NCBI GenBank assembly: GCA_021432655.1
Contig: MU271673.1
Location: 1 to 33,289, forward strand
DNA from: Atractiella rhizophila
Lineage: Eukaryota
Length of the DNA stretch: 33,289 bases
Direction: 5' to 3'
Position numbers and translations under genes: made by a program
Notes under the pieces: model-generated
What the model saw: the letters and a program-made list of their open reading frames with translations, nothing else
Database searches by the model: none
What the model was told of the DNA's origin: nothing
Shown here: piece after piece, positions 32,447-33,289 of the stretch
Layout: every line of letters starts with the position of its first letter
Numbering within the stretch: position 1 is the stretch's first letter

Positions 32447-32616
32447 TAATTGATGTCAGATTGTTAACACGTTGTGCAACCGTGAAACAACTTGGAATGT
32501 GTAGGAAGCTGCTGCACTGTGCCACCCAGCCAAGTGGTTTATCGTGAGAGCAATCTTCACCAAATCTTTCAGTTATATACTGGTAGCGTTGTCTCGGTGT
32601 ATCTTGCCTCAGTACC

Positions 32617-33289
32617 TCACAACTTCGAGTTTCGTGTACCATTATCCACCTTTTCAGTGGCGGCCAACGCCCTGAGTTCTCGCCGCAGAATCTTTCCCGT
32701 TGGATTCTTTGGAATCACTGCAACCACCTTGACCCCACCGCGAAGGCGCTTGTAATGCGCGACACGACTGGCGACGAAGGCTTGGATCTGCAACGACAGA
32801 TCGTGATGCGGATGCGAGGGGTCTTTAGGAACAACTACTCCCAGATTTTGATTGAGCAGAACGATTTGGAGATAGAAGACGGCGCACCGTATGCTCGCGG
32901 TAGCTCTGTCGCTTCTTTGTCTGAAATGATACCGATTACTGCGGCATCAAGAACAAGCGGACACTGTAGGAGAACACCTTCAAGCTCAGCTGGTGCGACT
33001 TGATACCCTGTCAAGACTTGATCATCTAGAGTGTCAAGCAAAAAAAATGATCATGACATGCCTTTATATTTAATCAGTTCCTTGACACGGTCTACTAGTT
33101 TGAAGAATCCTGCACTTTTTTCAAGAGAGATAATTAAAGACGACAGAGAGAACTTACCAGTTTGAGGGTCGTAAGAAACAATATCTCCAGTCTTGTACCA
33201 TCCTCCTGCGACAATGGTCTCCTCGGTAGCTTTCGGATTGTTGTAGTATCCTCTACAGCAATCATAATGAGCAATTATGACAACGAAAA
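32617..33289 (-). CDS. ANL-family acyl/aryl-CoA ligase (4-coumarate-CoA ligase-like), 3' part, ending in PTS1 SKL
   Basis: [78 protein letters not shown], ...GTRNSKL*. TGA at 32617-32619. Confidence 0.92.

Overview
Eukaryotic, intron-rich fungal DNA: short GT-AG introns, mostly 43-90 nt. DUF6533 and FunK1 genes point to a basidiomycete. Left to right: a DUF6533-type membrane protein (-), a decayed NADAR/YbiA-like pseudogene (-), a Ser/Thr kinase (-), a tannase/feruloyl esterase (-) transcribed divergently from NADH-glutamate synthase GLT1 (+), an 805-N gap, a GH43 arabinanase-like gene (-), a kinase-fold pseudokinase (-), a FunK1 kinase (-), a CIA30-domain gene (+) and the 3' part of a peroxisomal (SKL) 4CL-like CoA ligase (-). 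The unusual structure is around GLT1. (1) A ~3.26-kb tandem duplication (9788-13059 / 13061-16317) copies the shared divergent promoter and the 5' ends of both genes. It leaves a 457-aa GLT1 fragment whose stop is created exactly at the junction, abutting a convergent tannase fragment, and divergence between the copies is strongly mosaic. (2) An exact 806-bp duplication inside GLT1 stays in frame after splicing and doubles the beta-subunit-like Fe-S/FAD segment. Either could be real or an assembly/haplotype artefact; reads are needed. All alignments and counts are by eye.
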